A DNA stretch of 32,000 nt. Source: Methylorubrum extorquens. Lineage in GTDB: Bacteria > Pseudomonadota > Alphaproteobacteria > Rhizobiales > Beijerinckiaceae. The position numbers and the translations under genes are program-made. The DNA lies in assembly GCA_900234795.1 (NCBI GenBank), contig LT962688.1, positions 4,650,001-4,682,000 on the forward strand, written 5' to 3'. The notes under the pieces are model-generated. The model did no database searches and had not been told where the DNA came from. It was given only the letters and a program-made list of their open reading frames with translations. Shown here piece by piece: positions 10,605 to 22,496 of the stretch (positions within the stretch are counted from its first letter, which is position 1; the number at the start of each line of letters is the position of its first letter).

Positions 10605-11014
10605 GGGACTAGGTGCCCGCTTCACGGCAAGACGCCGGGATCTGCGCGGGCCGTGCATGGGTGTAAAATGGCCTAGCTTGTGCATACTGGGCCGCTGCGA
10701 TCCCGTGTCGATCCGAGGCGCTGAGCCCCGGCGCACACGACGTCGCCACTCCTGACGCACCGGCGCGCATCAGCCGGTGCCGTTCGGGGTGAACACCTCT
10801 TGCAGGCGACGCCATCCATCCGGCGGCCGCGGAATCGTTGGAGATCCGGGTCATCGCGCTGTGCGGTTCTATGACGTCGGCGACGACGGTTCCAGGGCCG
10901 ACGCCGAACCCGCAGGCTACGGTCTCGCCACCGGCTGCGGCTGCCGCGATCTTCACCGGTCCGCCGCGGCCGGTCGGCTTCGCCCGAAATTCCGTAACGG
11001 GAAGCATCTCCACG

Positions 11015-11746
11015 ATGAGACACACCGCCCTCCTCGCCGCGTTCCTTGCCCTCACCGCACCGGCCGCCGCCCACGACATCTGGCTCGACCCGGCCGGCAA
11101 CGGCGTGCAGATCCTCTACGGGCATCCCCACGAGCCGGAACTGCCGAGCGCGGCCAAGCTGATGAGCCTGACGGCCTACGAGCCGTCCGGCGCTGTGGCC
11201 CTGAACGCCAAGCTGCAGACCGGCGCAATGCCCGCGCTCAAAGCCGCGCATCAGGGCGACGCACTGTTCGCAGCCGCCTACGACAACGGCTACTGGGTCC
11301 GCCTGCCCGACGGCAGCTACCGCAACGCCAGCAAGCGGATGCTGCCGCAGGCCGACAAGAGTCTGTGGTCGGTGAAGTTCGCCAAGGCCGTATCCGGCCC
11401 GACGGCACCCTGGGACAAGATCGTCGGCCAGCCGCTGGAGATCGTCCCGCTGGAGGAGCCGGCCGCAGCCTCGGGTCAGATCCGGGTGCGCGTGCTGTTC
11501 GAGGGCCGCCCGCTCGACGGCGCCAGCGTGGTCGCCACCGACGGCGTGAACTTCAAGAGCGAGGCGGATCAGGCCCGCGCCACGACGGATGCTCAGGGCG
11601 TGGCGGTCGTCTCGCTGCGCAGTGCCGGACCCCAGGTGCTCGGCGTCAGCCACCGCGTCAGCCCCTCGCAGACGCCGGCGTTGGCCGATGCGGACAGCTA
11701 CGGCGCGACGCTCGCTTTCACCGTGACCGACCCGAAGACCAACTGA
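11015..11746 (+). CDS. DUF4198 periplasmic protein (NikM/CbiK-like metal-uptake-associated family)
   Basis: Start moved to ATG 11015, giving the signal peptide MRHTALLAAFLALTAPAAAHDIWLDP (the mature HD(I/F)W start is typical of DUF4198). C-terminal Ig-like part: GQIRVRVLFEGRPLDGASVVA...DAQGVAVVSL. Confidence 0.8.
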   Translation: MRHTALLAAFLALTAPAAAHDIWLDPAGNGVQILYGHPHEPELPSAAKLMSLTAYEPSGAVALNAKLQTGAMPALKAAHQGDALFAAAYDNGYWVRLPDGSYRNASKRMLPQADKSLWSVKFAKAVSGPTAPWDKIVGQPLEIVPLEEPAAASGQIRVRVLFEGRPLDGASVVATDGVNFKSEADQARATTDAQGVAVVSLRSAGPQVLGVSHRVSPSQTPALADADSYGATLAFTVTDPKTN

Positions 11747-11923
11747 GCGCAGGGATGGCACCCGGTGGCGCTGGCCTCGATAGCCCGCGTCACCGGTTCG
11801 TGGTCCTGCTCGGGTGCCCTCTGGCGCCGTAGCGCCTTGAAGCTTGGCGAAAGCCCGCTCGATCGGGGTGAGGTCGGGCGCGGAGGCCGGCGAATGGCGC
11901 CGGCATCCGCGAAAGGCCGTCCG

Positions 11924-13882
11924 CTACGGCGTTTCCTGTCGCGCCGCCGCGATCATGCGATCGCCGTCCTCCTGCAGCAGCAGGCGATCCGACACGAGTG
12001 CATCGACGGATTTCGTCACGGCCGCAACGTAGGCACCCGCGTCCTGATATCGCTCCTCAAGGGACAAGCGGGGGTCGCCGGCCGTGTCCCGTTCGGCACG
12101 GGTGCGCGCGAACGGGATCTGGCTACCCTCGCGATCGCACAGCGCACCGGCGGGGAACGGATCGGCATACAGGTTCCAACCGGTGAAGGTGGCACGCGGG
12201 GCCGCAACGGCCGGCAGGCGAATGCCGGCCACCTCGTTGCCGTCAGCATCGACGCGCGGGACCAGAGGGCGATATTGCGGGCCGCTTTCCGGGTGCGGAT
12301 CCACGTAGGTGCTGAAGCGCGAGATCGCATTCGGTGCTGTCGGAACGGGGACCCCGACCATGAACGGGAAACCGATGTCAGCCGCCTCGACCAGGGTTTG
12401 ATCGGAGAGGCGCGGCACACGGCTCTCCGGGGGTGCCTTACCGTCCTTCACCCACTCTTCGAGCGCGACCAGCAGCGCCCGGACCGCCGGGGCCGGGTTC
12501 AGGCTGCTGCGTGGGTTCGTGCAGGGTCCCTTGGTCGAGCCCAGGCCGGCACGCCCATAGTGGAAGCCGCTCGAGACCAAGTAGGCGCGCGCGGTGTCGG
12601 GCAGCGGCACATCCGTGCGGCCAACCGGATCGGTCGTGAGGAGAGAGGCACCCTTCTGCCAATACTCGGTGCCGGTATTGGCCTCGATCAACAGAGGGTC
12701 GAATCCATCATCCCGCAGCAGCTTGCCCGTCCGACCGGTGACGGGATCGTGCTGGGTGGCGGCCGAGAACGGGAAGGTGTTCTCCGGGTAGAGGTGGTCT
12801 TCGTGCTGCGTGTTGGTTCGTGAGGGTTGACCGAAGCGGGCGTTGAGGAACACCCCGCCCACGCCCGCGATGTGAGACAGGACGCCGTCGAACACCCGCT
12901 TGCCGGTCTCGTCCCGGTTGAAGCCCTGTTGGATGAAGTCGCGCAGATAGCGCCCGCTCTGCGAGATGCCGAGCGCGAGGGCGTGCCGGATCGCGCCACC
13001 CGCCGGATTGGCCGCGCCGCCCTCGCCGCGGAGATAGGCCACCACGTCCCGCGTGGCGGCGAAGCCGATTCCGAGCACCTTCGGCTCGGTGGCTTGGTAC
13101 GTGAATTCGTAGAGCGAGCCGGGCAGCGGCTTGGTGCCCTTCGGCAGAAGCTCGATCTGACGCGGCGTCGCGTAGTGCCAGGCGTCCGGCGGTACCGGCC
13201 GCGGCGGGTCGGCCTCTCGGCGCCGAACGGTGAGGCGCGCCTCGGCCTTGTCCGGGCTGGCTGTCTTGAAGGAAAGGTAGAACGGCGCCTCCGGCGGGCC
13301 TCGGGTCGCGCTGACGAGTTCATCGCGTACGACCTCGACGATCGGCTTGCCGCCGCGCGCGGCCACGGGCACGTCGATCGCCATACCGCCCTGCTGGCGC
13401 AGTGCGTCCGCCTCCCAGCCCGACCAGACGATGGTGTAGCCCCGGCGCAGCACGAGCCCGGTCCCGGCATCGGTGGCGGTCTTGGGATCGTTGACCGCCT
13501 GCGCGGCCTGAGCCGGTGCGTCGAGAACCCAGTTGAAGAGGAACTTGCGGCCCCGGTTCAGCACCTCGAACAGGAGCGTTCCGCTGCCTCGGGCCGGATC
13601 CTTGGGCCGCAGGATGAATAGGTCGGTCTTGTACTCGACCATGCCGCGGGCGTTGCGGGGCGCCAGGGCGATGTCGACGATGCCGGCATTCGCGGGATCG
13701 GCGGGGTCCAGCTCGCCGCGGGCCGTGCCGACAACACGCTCGTAGCTTCCGGCTGATCCGAACTCCGCACCATCGGCAAAAGGCTCGACGCTGGCGATCT
13801 CGATGCCGGTGATGCCCGCATGAGCCGGCGCAGCGCCGAGGGCGCAGCCAAGTGCGCCGACCACAACCCAACCGTTGCGCAT
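11924..13882 (-). CDS. Secreted alpha/beta-hydrolase-domain protein (Abhydrolase_10-like); function unknown
   Basis: ATG 13880-13882 with GGGAG 5 nt upstream. Signal peptide MRNGWVVVGALGCALGAAPAHA. The N-terminal block ITGIEIASVEPFADGAEFGSAGSYERVVGTARGELDPADPANAGIVDIALAPRNARGMVEYKTDLFILRP is familiar to me from this conserved hypothetical hydrolase family. The functional call is soft. Confidence 0.75.
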   Translation of the reverse strand: MRNGWVVVGALGCALGAAPAHAGITGIEIASVEPFADGAEFGSAGSYERVVGTARGELDPADPANAGIVDIALAPRNARGMVEYKTDLFILRPKDPARGSGTLLFEVLNRGRKFLFNWVLDAPAQAAQAVNDPKTATDAGTGLVLRRGYTIVWSGWEADALRQQGGMAIDVPVAARGGKPIVEVVRDELVSATRGPPEAPFYLSFKTASPDKAEARLTVRRREADPPRPVPPDAWHYATPRQIELLPKGTKPLPGSLYEFTYQATEPKVLGIGFAATRDVVAYLRGEGGAANPAGGAIRHALALGISQSGRYLRDFIQQGFNRDETGKRVFDGVLSHIAGVGGVFLNARFGQPSRTNTQHEDHLYPENTFPFSAATQHDPVTGRTGKLLRDDGFDPLLIEANTGTEYWQKGASLLTTDPVGRTDVPLPDTARAYLVSSGFHYGRAGLGSTKGPCTNPRSSLNPAPAVRALLVALEEWVKDGKAPPESRVPRLSDQTLVEAADIGFPFMVGVPVPTAPNAISRFSTYVDPHPESGPQYRPLVPRVDADGNEVAGIRLPAVAAPRATFTGWNLYADPFPAGALCDREGSQIPFARTRAERDTAGDPRLSLEERYQDAGAYVAAVTKSVDALVSDRLLLQEDGDRMIAAARQETP

Positions 13883-14236
13883 ATTTGCTCCCTGTCCGGC
13901 TCGTGCTGGCCGGTGTTCTCAGCAAGCATGTCAGGGGAAAGACGTCGAGAGGGATGCCGGGCTGCGCCTCGTTTTCTCTCTGTGTTGGCTCTGCGCGCTG
14001 CTTTGTACGCTCTTCAGTTCCAGCGGCGCGTTCGATGGCCGAGTGAGGACTTCGAGCGCACCGAGGCATTCCACGGGTCGTCGGTGCCGCAAGCAAGGCC
14101 CCGGGCCCGACTACGAGGCAGCGCATCGGTGCCGATGCTGTTTGTCGTTATTTTGCAGGAATCTGCGCGGCGACCTGTTCCACGCACCCGTTGGATCGGT
14201 ATGATCGTGCTGAGGCACGACGCGTAGGAACCAAAT

Positions 14237-14569
14237 ATGACATCGACACTGCCGGAAGGTGCGAAGCCGGGCGATATCGTGACGGATGACGGTAAGATCC
14301 TCTGCCGTGATCGAGAGCTTCACGAGTACGGCTATTTCACCGTCACCTACGAGCAGGCCCAGATCGCCCGCAAGCATGGCTGGGGCTGCCGGGCCGGCGT
14401 CGTCTTGGATGGGGAGCACTCCGACGAGTGGAGCTGGGACTACGCCGAGGAAGAGCGTCGCATTGCGCTGGAAAACGGCGATGAGCCGCCCGGAGTGCGG
14501 ATCTACCGAGAGCCACCCGCCTCCTGCCCCGTCGAAACAGCCCCCTCTTGCCGCCTCGAAGGCCGGTAG
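14237..14569 (+). CDS. Hypothetical protein (110 aa, acidic, Trp-rich)
   Basis: ATG 14237 preceded by AGGAA. Third-position GC bias and a realistic amino-acid composition (MTSTLPEGAKPGDIVTDDGKILCRDRELHEYGYFTVTYEQAQIARKHGWG). No family recognised. Confidence 0.55.
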   Translation: MTSTLPEGAKPGDIVTDDGKILCRDRELHEYGYFTVTYEQAQIARKHGWGCRAGVVLDGEHSDEWSWDYAEEERRIALENGDEPPGVRIYREPPASCPVETAPSCRLEGR

Positions 14570-14793
14570 GCGAACGGGCGAAAGAGGCATCCGGGGCGTT
14601 CGCGGATAGGGGCCCCATGGCTCCACCGCCGCGATGGGAAACGGGCTTCACCAGCGAGCATTGTACCCTGAGGGGCCCGCCATACACGGCGAGCCAGTTC
14701 ACGACCACGTCGGGTACCGCACCGCCACGCAGGGGAGAGCTGGACTTCCGGTCTGGCCCGGACGGCGCATCTCCCGGTTCGCCGGGGCGGACG

Positions 14794-15024
14794 CTACGCC
14801 CTCAGCCGCTCCGTGTTCGCAGCCACGTGTTCGCGGTAGCGGGCAACCACGTCCTCGTGTGAACCGCCGGTCAGCAACGTCGTGGTCGCTTCAGTGGCCG
14901 CCGCAATCTTCTCGAACACCATCGAGTTCATCTCGGCCCACCCTTCCTGACCGCCCCAGGCAAGCCGTACCAGACGGAGTTCGATGACCCGCTGCGCCTC
15001 GAACGCGAGCAGAAGGGACGTCAT
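14794..15024 (-). CDS. Small hypothetical protein (76 aa)
   Basis: ORF 14794..15102. The internal ATG 15022-15024 gives MTSLLLAFEAQRVIELRLVRLAWGGQEGWAEMNSMVFEKIAAATEATTTLLTGG...YREHVAANTERLRA. This resembles small helical proteins common in Hyphomicrobiales. No clear RBS. Confidence 0.45.
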   Translation of the reverse strand: MTSLLLAFEAQRVIELRLVRLAWGGQEGWAEMNSMVFEKIAAATEATTTLLTGGSHEDVVARYREHVAANTERLRA

Positions 15025-15246
15025 GAAGGGATTGAACAAGCAGGGGCTCCGGTCCGTATGAAGGCGAGGTGGCAACCGCGCTTCATCGGCGGGTGATCCC
15101 AAGCTGGGCAGTTGGTCGCAGGGACAGCCCTTTCACGAGCGCATGAGCGCCCGGAAATCGAAGAAGGCAAACGCCCTCCAGGCCGGTAGGCTGACGCTAA
15201 GCCAGCCCACCGCTTTCCTTATTGGCGACCCTAAGGCGCCCGACGA

Positions 15247-15456
15247 TCAGGCAACCTGGAGCTGTCCGGCCGACTCTTTGCCGCTCTTCCGGTCGATCTC
15301 GACCTCGTAGGTCACCTTCTGCCCTTCAGCGAGATCGCGCAGGCCGGCGCGCTCGACCGCCGAGATGTGCACGAACACGTCCTTGCCGCCGTTGTCGGGC
15401 TGGATGAAGCCATAGCCCTTCGTCTCGTTGAACCACTTTACCGTACCGGTTGCCAT
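15247..15456 (-). CDS. cspA: Cold-shock protein, CspA family (69 aa)
   Basis: [39 protein letters not shown] carries the RNP1/RNP2 motifs (KGYGFI, VFVHIS). AGGAGG RBS 7 nt upstream of ATG 15454-15456. Confidence 0.95.
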   Translation of the reverse strand: MATGTVKWFNETKGYGFIQPDNGGKDVFVHISAVERAGLRDLAEGQKVTYEVEIDRKSGKESAGQLQVA

Positions 15457-16062
15457 GTGTGCTCCTCCTGTGGCGAACAGAGGCTTTAACGCGCCGAGCG
15501 GCTTTTGTTCCAAACCGTTGGCTTCTTGAGGCGTCTCGCCGTAGCCGAGCCTCAGCCTCCAGGTCGCAGCCTCTTGCCCGCAGACTTGGCTTATCGCCAG
15601 GTGCGGATGCCTGATGGCGTCCCGCAGCCGATCCGCATGGGCAGGCTCTGGGTACACCAGAGACGTCACAGAGTCGAAGGCCGTCCATACCGGAAGCGAG
15701 CCCTCTTGAACGAACATGTCGATCGCCTCGACAGCCTCCCACCGCTCGAAGGCGTCAGGCCCATGCACGGCCCGGCAGACAATGCGGGCGCGCAGGAATG
15801 GATCTTCCGCCGTGGGAGCCGTTTCCAGCGAGAACATCACCCCTGAATGGTCGGGCTGCAGCTCATCCGGGAGAGCCCCGATCTTGCGCCAGAGGCAGTG
15901 CCACGTGGCGCAGGCGGCCGGACGATCCCTGTAGATGCCGCATGCCCCACCTGTCTGATGCGCGCATAAGGTTCCGGCAGGCTTGGCCAGCGCCTTGACT
16001 TCAAGAACCCGGCAGCACTCCGCGCAGGTGCCACAGGTTCGGCCGGGAACGAGAACGTGCAA
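15457..16062 (-). CDS. YkgJ/UPF0153-type Cys-cluster (zinc/iron-chelating) domain ORF with no stop codon before cspA
   Basis: [49 protein letters not shown] matches the CxxCxxCC...C.H....C.IY..RP..C..F.C.W pattern. No in-frame ATG is nearby. TTG 16060-16062 (GGAAG upstream) is my best start guess; ATG 16248 is an alternative. The frame continues uninterrupted into cspA. Confidence 0.55.
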
Positions 16063-16307
16063 GACTTCCGGACTTCCAATCTGAGGCCGTGCTGCAGGTC
16101 GCCCGCCTCTCTTTACGAGAGACGGTCTCCTCGGCCTGCCGGGGATGATCGATCGGCGGAGAAAGGCCGGGCCGTCCTCAGACCCGGCGCCTGTGGCTGC
16201 CCGGTCGGATGTCCCTTTCTCGCAAGGGGTTGTTAACCCTCCCGGCATGGGGGGCGAAACGGAATCGCGAGCAACGCCGTATAGGCGCACCAGACAGGAG
16301 AGCCGGT

Positions 16308-16508
16308 ATGCCGGATGAGACAAGGTTGCCGACCTTGGACGTTCTCGCCGATCTGCCTCAAGCGGAGTTCGTGGCCCGCTGGCGGTCTCTGGTCGGCGAA
16401 CCTCCTGCCATCATGCTGGAGAGCCGGTCAGAGATGATCCGCCTGCTGGTGGACAGTACGGAACCGGCTCCGTTTCGCTTCGATGAGCAGGCTCTGAACG
16501 CGCCTTAA
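16308..16508 (+). CDS. Small hypothetical protein (66 aa)
   Basis: ATG 16308 with GGAGAG 6 nt upstream: [50 protein letters not shown]. Faint resemblance to DUF2924-type N-termini, unverified. Confidence 0.45.
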   Translation: MPDETRLPTLDVLADLPQAEFVARWRSLVGEPPAIMLESRSEMIRLLVDSTEPAPFRFDEQALNAP

Positions 16509-16798
16509 AGTCATCCGGGCCGGCGCTGAAAAGGAACGGCCACGGAAGCTGGAACGAAGGTGCGCGTACATCCGGCGTCACCCCCATCCCGGCATCGTGG
16601 CCGCGACCGATCAAGCGACAGGGTCGCGATCGGCATGTCCCTCAGATGGGGGCATCATGGTTAACAATCAATGACGGGTCCGGCGGCCCGATCACTTTCG
16701 AGCCGGCGGCATGCCGCGTTGAGCCCCTAGAACGGGGAGAGCCAAGCCCGAGGCTTTGCATGCCGATCCAGGCTTCGACCTCTTCAGCCGATCACTCC

Positions 16799-17212
16799 TC
16801 AGTCGATCACCTCGACGATGCGACGCGTGCCCGGTTCGACGAGCACAGGGTGATCGTTCACGATGGTGTAGTTGTAGCCCTTGAGCTCGAACTCGCGCGG
16901 AACGTCGTAGTAGACCGGACCTTCGTCCGGCAGGACGGTGCCGACCCGAACCGGCAGACGGGAGACGAAGGAGGGACGACGTTCCGCCCGAGCGTAGATG
17001 CGAAATCGCTCACGGCGATCGATGCCAAGAATCCCATTGGCCGTCCCGACGGCCGCACCGATCGCTCCGCCGACCACGGCTCCCAGGGGACCGGCCATCT
17101 CCTCCCCACGCGCGGCTCCCTCCTGCGCACCGCGCTGAAGCCCCTGCGCGTGAGCGGAGGTGGCCATACCGATTCCGACCGTGATGAGGATCGTAGCGAG
17201 TTTGGCGCGCAT
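16799..17212 (-). CDS. DUF1236 domain protein (secreted)
   Basis: ATG 17210-17212 with GAGG 9 nt upstream. Signal peptide MRAKLATILITVGIGMATSAHA. C-terminal YYDVPREFELKGYNYTIVNDHPVLVEPGTRRIVEVI is the DUF1236 signature. Confidence 0.85.
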   Translation of the reverse strand: MRAKLATILITVGIGMATSAHAQGLQRGAQEGAARGEEMAGPLGAVVGGAIGAAVGTANGILGIDRRERFRIYARAERRPSFVSRLPVRVGTVLPDEGPVYYDVPREFELKGYNYTIVNDHPVLVEPGTRRIVEVID

Positions 17213-17223
17213 CGAAGGATACC

Positions 17224-17475
17224 TCACTTACCGCCCGACGCTTCATAGGCGGTGATCGCGCGGCGGCAGTTCTCAGACAGCTCGGCGCGGTGCTTCTTGA
17301 AGCAGGCATCCATCTCCGGGCTATCGGAGTCGATGCCTCCGCAAAACTGCAAGGCATCGCCCGTGCAGTACTTCTTGAGATCCGGGTTGCCGCGCTTGCT
17401 CTCCGGTGCGGCAGAGGCCGAGGCGACGACGAACGGTGCGGCAAGCAGCAGGCCGAGGGTAGCGAGGCGTGGCAT
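17224..17475 (-). CDS. Small secreted cysteine-rich repeat protein (83 aa)
   Basis: ATG 17473-17475 with an AGGAAG RBS. Signal peptide MPRLATLGLLLAAPFVVASASA. Pattern KKYCTGDALQFCGGIDSDSPEMDACFKKHRAELSENCRRAI (C-x7-C...C-x12-C). Confidence 0.75.
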   Translation of the reverse strand: MPRLATLGLLLAAPFVVASASAAPESKRGNPDLKKYCTGDALQFCGGIDSDSPEMDACFKKHRAELSENCRRAITAYEASGGK

Positions 17476-17767
17476 CGAATGCTTCCTGAGCCCGATATGG
17501 GCGGGCAGGAATGATCGAGAGGATGGGATCGTTCCTCGAAAGCGTGCCCCGCGGCCCAATCTGCTCAAGGGCTGGCCGGGCCTGTCGTGTCCACCCGACG
17601 AAGTGCCCGTACGCGACGCAGCTCCCTCTCTGGCTGACCGAAGGCCGTTAGCCTCGCGCCGACCGCGTCATCGGCAGCCTGTCCCATCCCTGCAGGACAC
17701 AGCGCCGTCCGCCCCAGATCATGCGCCCGTGCAACTCTGCCGCCAAGTCAGGGTTCGAGCGCTCGAA

Positions 17768-17796
17768 CGAAAAAAGGCGCTCCCAAGGAGCGCCTG
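17768..17796 (-). terminator. Rho-independent terminator downstream of the porin gene
   Basis: Perfect 8-bp stem (17776-17783 ggcgctcc / 17787-17794 ggagcgcc) with a 3-nt loop. On the minus strand it is followed by TTTTTT (plus-strand A run 17770-17775). It lies about 70 nt after the porin stop. Confidence 0.85.
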
Positions 17797-17864
17797 TTTC
17801 TCTGTTCACGAGGAAGCGTCAGACCACCCGGCGGTCCGGTGAGGGACCGCCGGAGATCCGGGTC

Positions 17865-18734
17865 CTAGTACGAGCCGAACTTGTAGTTCAGGCCGGCGCG
17901 GACGACGGCGAACTCGGTGTCGCGGACCTGCTGGCCACCGCTGACGAGCACGGTGCCCGGGCTGCCGATGGAGACCGTGCGGCCCTGGTTGTCCGTCGCG
18001 AAGGCGCCACGGCCGCCGGTGCCGCGATCGAGGTTCACGTACAGACCTTCGACCTTCAGCGTCACGGCCGAAGACTTGAAGAAGTTCAGGAACGAGTCGG
18101 TCGGGAGAGCGTACTCGATACCACCACCGGCGGCCCAGCCGGTCTGGAAGTCGTTGCTCGACACGCCGGTGCCGAACTCACGACCGCCGCCGGAGCCGTA
18201 GGCGAAGCCGCCGGTGCCGTACACGAGGGTGCGGTCGAAGGCGTAGCCGAGGCGACCGCGGACGGTGCCGAAGAAGTCGAGGCCGGACAGACCACCCGGG
18301 TTGAACACCTGCTGGGCGGCCAGCGGGCTGGTCGAGAGGAAGCGGTTCCGGTCACGGCCGAAATCGGCGTACTGGGCGTCGGCCTCGACACCGATCACGA
18401 CACCGGAGCCCGGGGTGAACTGGTAGTTGTAGCCGATCTGACCGCCGCCGACGAAGCCTTCGTTGGACTCGCGGTTGCTGAAGGCGACCACGGCGGTGGT
18501 GCCCGGGGGCACGAGCAGGGAGGCCGGGCCGACGCCGATCACGGTCGGGACGCGGTCATCCTGGGTGCCGAAGCCGTAACCGGCGTTGAAACCGGCGTAG
18601 AAGCCCGTCCAGGTGAACACCGGCACCGGCTGGAACACCGGCGGCGGAGCCGCGCGGCGCGGGAGGTCGGCGGCGAGCGCCGTGCCCGACAGGAGAATGC
18701 CCGTGAGGCCGGCAAGGATCAGGGAATTGCGCAA
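17865..18734 (-). CDS. Outer-membrane beta-barrel protein, Omp25/Omp31/RopB family
   Basis: Signal peptide MRNSLILAGLTGILLSGTALAADLP, then FTWTGFYAGFNAGYGFG, alternating beta-strand pattern, and a C-terminal VRAGLNYKFGSY (aromatic terminus). The start codon is TTG (18732-18734) with no clear RBS. Confidence 0.88.
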   Translation of the reverse strand: MRNSLILAGLTGILLSGTALAADLPRRAAPPPVFQPVPVFTWTGFYAGFNAGYGFGTQDDRVPTVIGVGPASLLVPPGTTAVVAFSNRESNEGFVGGGQIGYNYQFTPGSGVVIGVEADAQYADFGRDRNRFLSTSPLAAQQVFNPGGLSGLDFFGTVRGRLGYAFDRTLVYGTGGFAYGSGGGREFGTGVSSNDFQTGWAAGGGIEYALPTDSFLNFFKSSAVTLKVEGLYVNLDRGTGGRGAFATDNQGRTVSIGSPGTVLVSGGQQVRDTEFAVVRAGLNYKFGSY

Positions 18735-18961
18735 GGTTTGAACCAGGGGTTTGTTAAACGTGCGCCCTGTTAGCAGCGGCCCAGCTCAGGTCATATGATA
18801 TATTAGCCACAGCCCATCGATGACATCGCCGTGATCGTGGCGATCCCTCGCGTCACCGCCCTGTCGGCGCTCTGGGCCGGTTCGGCCCATACCGGGAGCC
18901 ATCGGTCGGCACTGTCTGCGCCGGCCGCGATGGTCCGAGGGCGACGCGCCCGCTGTCGAGA

Positions 18962-19939
18962 TCAGATGGAGCTGTCGGCTCCATCGACTTCCTCCTCGGT
19001 CGGCAGCTCGCAGCGGTTGTGAATGTCGGTGGCCGCCATCGCGCCATGTCCCATCGCAACCACGACTTGCTCGAGACCGCGCACGACGCCGCCGGCGGCG
19101 TAGAGACCCGGAACCGTCGTGCGGTTGTGCTCGTCGACGAGGAGAGCTCCCGTTTCATCGTGCTCGGCTCCCAGTTCCAATGCGAGCTCGGAGCGAAGCT
19201 TCAATCCGAGAGCCGAGTAGAGCACCTCGAACCGGTGTTCATCACCGCTCGCCGTGCATAGCCGGGTGATCCGGGCATCCTCGACATCGAGGCCTGTTAC
19301 CGGCTCGTGGACGACCTTGATGCCGTGCTTCTCGACGCGCTCGCGCTCGCCGGCGTCGAGGTGCATGTCTTGCCCCAGCGTCAGAAGCGTCACGTCGCGC
19401 GAGTAGGTGCGGGCCACGAACACCGCCTCTCCCAGGCCCCTGTCGCCATGGCCGATCACCGCGATGCGCTTGCCCCTCGCTTCGTAGCCATCGCAGATCG
19501 GGCAGTAGCGCACGAGGCCACGTCGGACGGCGTCGGGAAGGTCCGGTAGGTCTGGCTCCACGTCGTCCGCGCCCGTGGCGAGAAGCACCCGGCGCGCCCG
19601 CACCTCGCGTGAGATGCCGCCCACCTCCTCGACGCTGGCCGCGAAACCTCCCTCGACCCTGCGCAAGGCCGTGACGGTGCCATGTGTGACCTCGGATCCA
19701 TACCGAGCGAGATGCTCACGTTGACGGCGGAGGATCTCCTGTCCGGAGATGCCGTCGGCGAAGACCGGGATGTTGTGGCTGGTGGGTATCCAAGACGCGC
19801 GGGAATCGCCTGCATCCACCACGAGGAATCGGCGCTCGAAGCGGGCCAAGTAGAGTGCGGCTGTCAGCCCGGCCGGGCCACCCCCGACAATCAGGCAGTC
19901 GATCGGCTCTGAGAGATCAGCGGACAGAAGCCGAGCCAT
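18962..19939 (-). CDS. Thioredoxin-reductase-like FAD/NAD(P)-dependent oxidoreductase
   Basis: FAD fold [21 protein letters not shown]. Second dinucleotide site [30 protein letters not shown] in the TrxB redox-Cys position. C-terminal [11 protein letters not shown]. Confidence 0.85.
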   Translation of the reverse strand: MARLLSADLSEPIDCLIVGGGPAGLTAALYLARFERRFLVVDAGDSRASWIPTSHNIPVFADGISGQEILRRQREHLARYGSEVTHGTVTALRRVEGGFAASVEEVGGISREVRARRVLLATGADDVEPDLPDLPDAVRRGLVRYCPICDGYEARGKRIAVIGHGDRGLGEAVFVARTYSRDVTLLTLGQDMHLDAGERERVEKHGIKVVHEPVTGLDVEDARITRLCTASGDEHRFEVLYSALGLKLRSELALELGAEHDETGALLVDEHNRTTVPGLYAAGGVVRGLEQVVVAMGHGAMAATDIHNRCELPTEEEVDGADSSI

Positions 19940-20429
19940 TCGCTCATCCGTTTATGAGGGCCACCCTTGTCGAGACCACCTTCGGCCTTCATCGGTTCCG
20001 CCACCGGCCGAAGCTTCGGGCCGTCGGCAGGCGTAACCCCGTTGGAGCGGGCAAGCCGCCCGAGCGGGCTCCGTCAGGCCCGCGGACGGATCGGGGCCTT
20101 GCTGCGGCCACCAGAGCCTGCGCGTTCAGAGGGCGATGCGCGGGAGCTTAACCCCCCGTTTGCGGGGCGTCGGACGGGAGGGCGGCGTCGAGGGCGGATA
20201 TGGGAATCCCTTGCATGGGCGGATGCGACATGCCCGGCTTTGCCCGCCCCGGACGGCCCAAGAAATTGGGATAGTCTCAATCGAGAGCTTTGGATCATTC
20301 GATGGAGCTGTCGGGCACCCGAATATCGATCGATCGGGGGCCGCCCGTGAACGACGGGTATCGGGATCTACACGGCATCGGATGGTCCGAGCCGGTCGAG
20401 GAGCCAGCGGCCCCGTCCCGGAACGGTGT

Positions 20430-20451
20430 CCGGCCCGCTGCAGCGGGCCGG
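20430..20451 (-). terminator. GC-rich hairpin 21 nt downstream of the desulfurase stop (possible terminator or RNA stabiliser; no U-tract)
   Basis: Perfect 9-bp stem ccggcccgc (20430-20438) / gcgggccgg (20443-20451) with loop tgca. No T-run follows on the minus strand, so intrinsic termination is uncertain. Confidence 0.4.
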
Positions 20452-20471
20452 CATGTCCTTGGGCGCGCAGG

Positions 20472-22482
<2,011 letters not shown>

Positions 22483-22496
<14 letters not shown>

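Noticed and set aside
7134-10760. 1208-aa ORF on the minus strand, the longest ORF in the track
   Set aside because: It is antisense to the GAF-PAS-HWE kinase, whose domains are clearly recognisable. Its translation is Arg/Ala/Gly/Pro-rich with no motifs, which is the usual shadow ORF of high-GC DNA.
10605-11014. Possible cobalamin or nickel-cobalt riboswitch in the 410-nt leader of the DUF4198 gene
   Set aside because: I read both strands and could not find a B12 box or the GGGAA...GGTGAAAATCC...CCCGC core, nor any other riboswitch core I recognise. A covariance-model scan (Rfam) would be needed to be sure.
14111-14626. 171-aa minus-strand ORF overlapping the 14237..14569 plus-strand ORF
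   Set aside because: The plus-strand ORF has an RBS, sensible composition and a third-position GC bias. The minus-strand ORF lacks all of these.
18874-18888. Hairpin GGGCCG-GTT-CGGCCC downstream of the TrxR-like gene as a terminator
   Set aside because: It has only a 6-bp stem, no U-tract, and lies ~75 nt from the stop. Such GC hairpins are frequent by chance at this GC content.
19940-20471. Short ORFs (20074..20298 -, 20126..20668 -, 19967..20350 +) as a candidate rhodanese or extra encapsulin-system component
   Set aside because: There is no rhodanese CRxGxR loop or any other motif. The sequences are Arg/Pro-rich, and one overlaps the desulfurase 3' end. I treat the region as intergenic.
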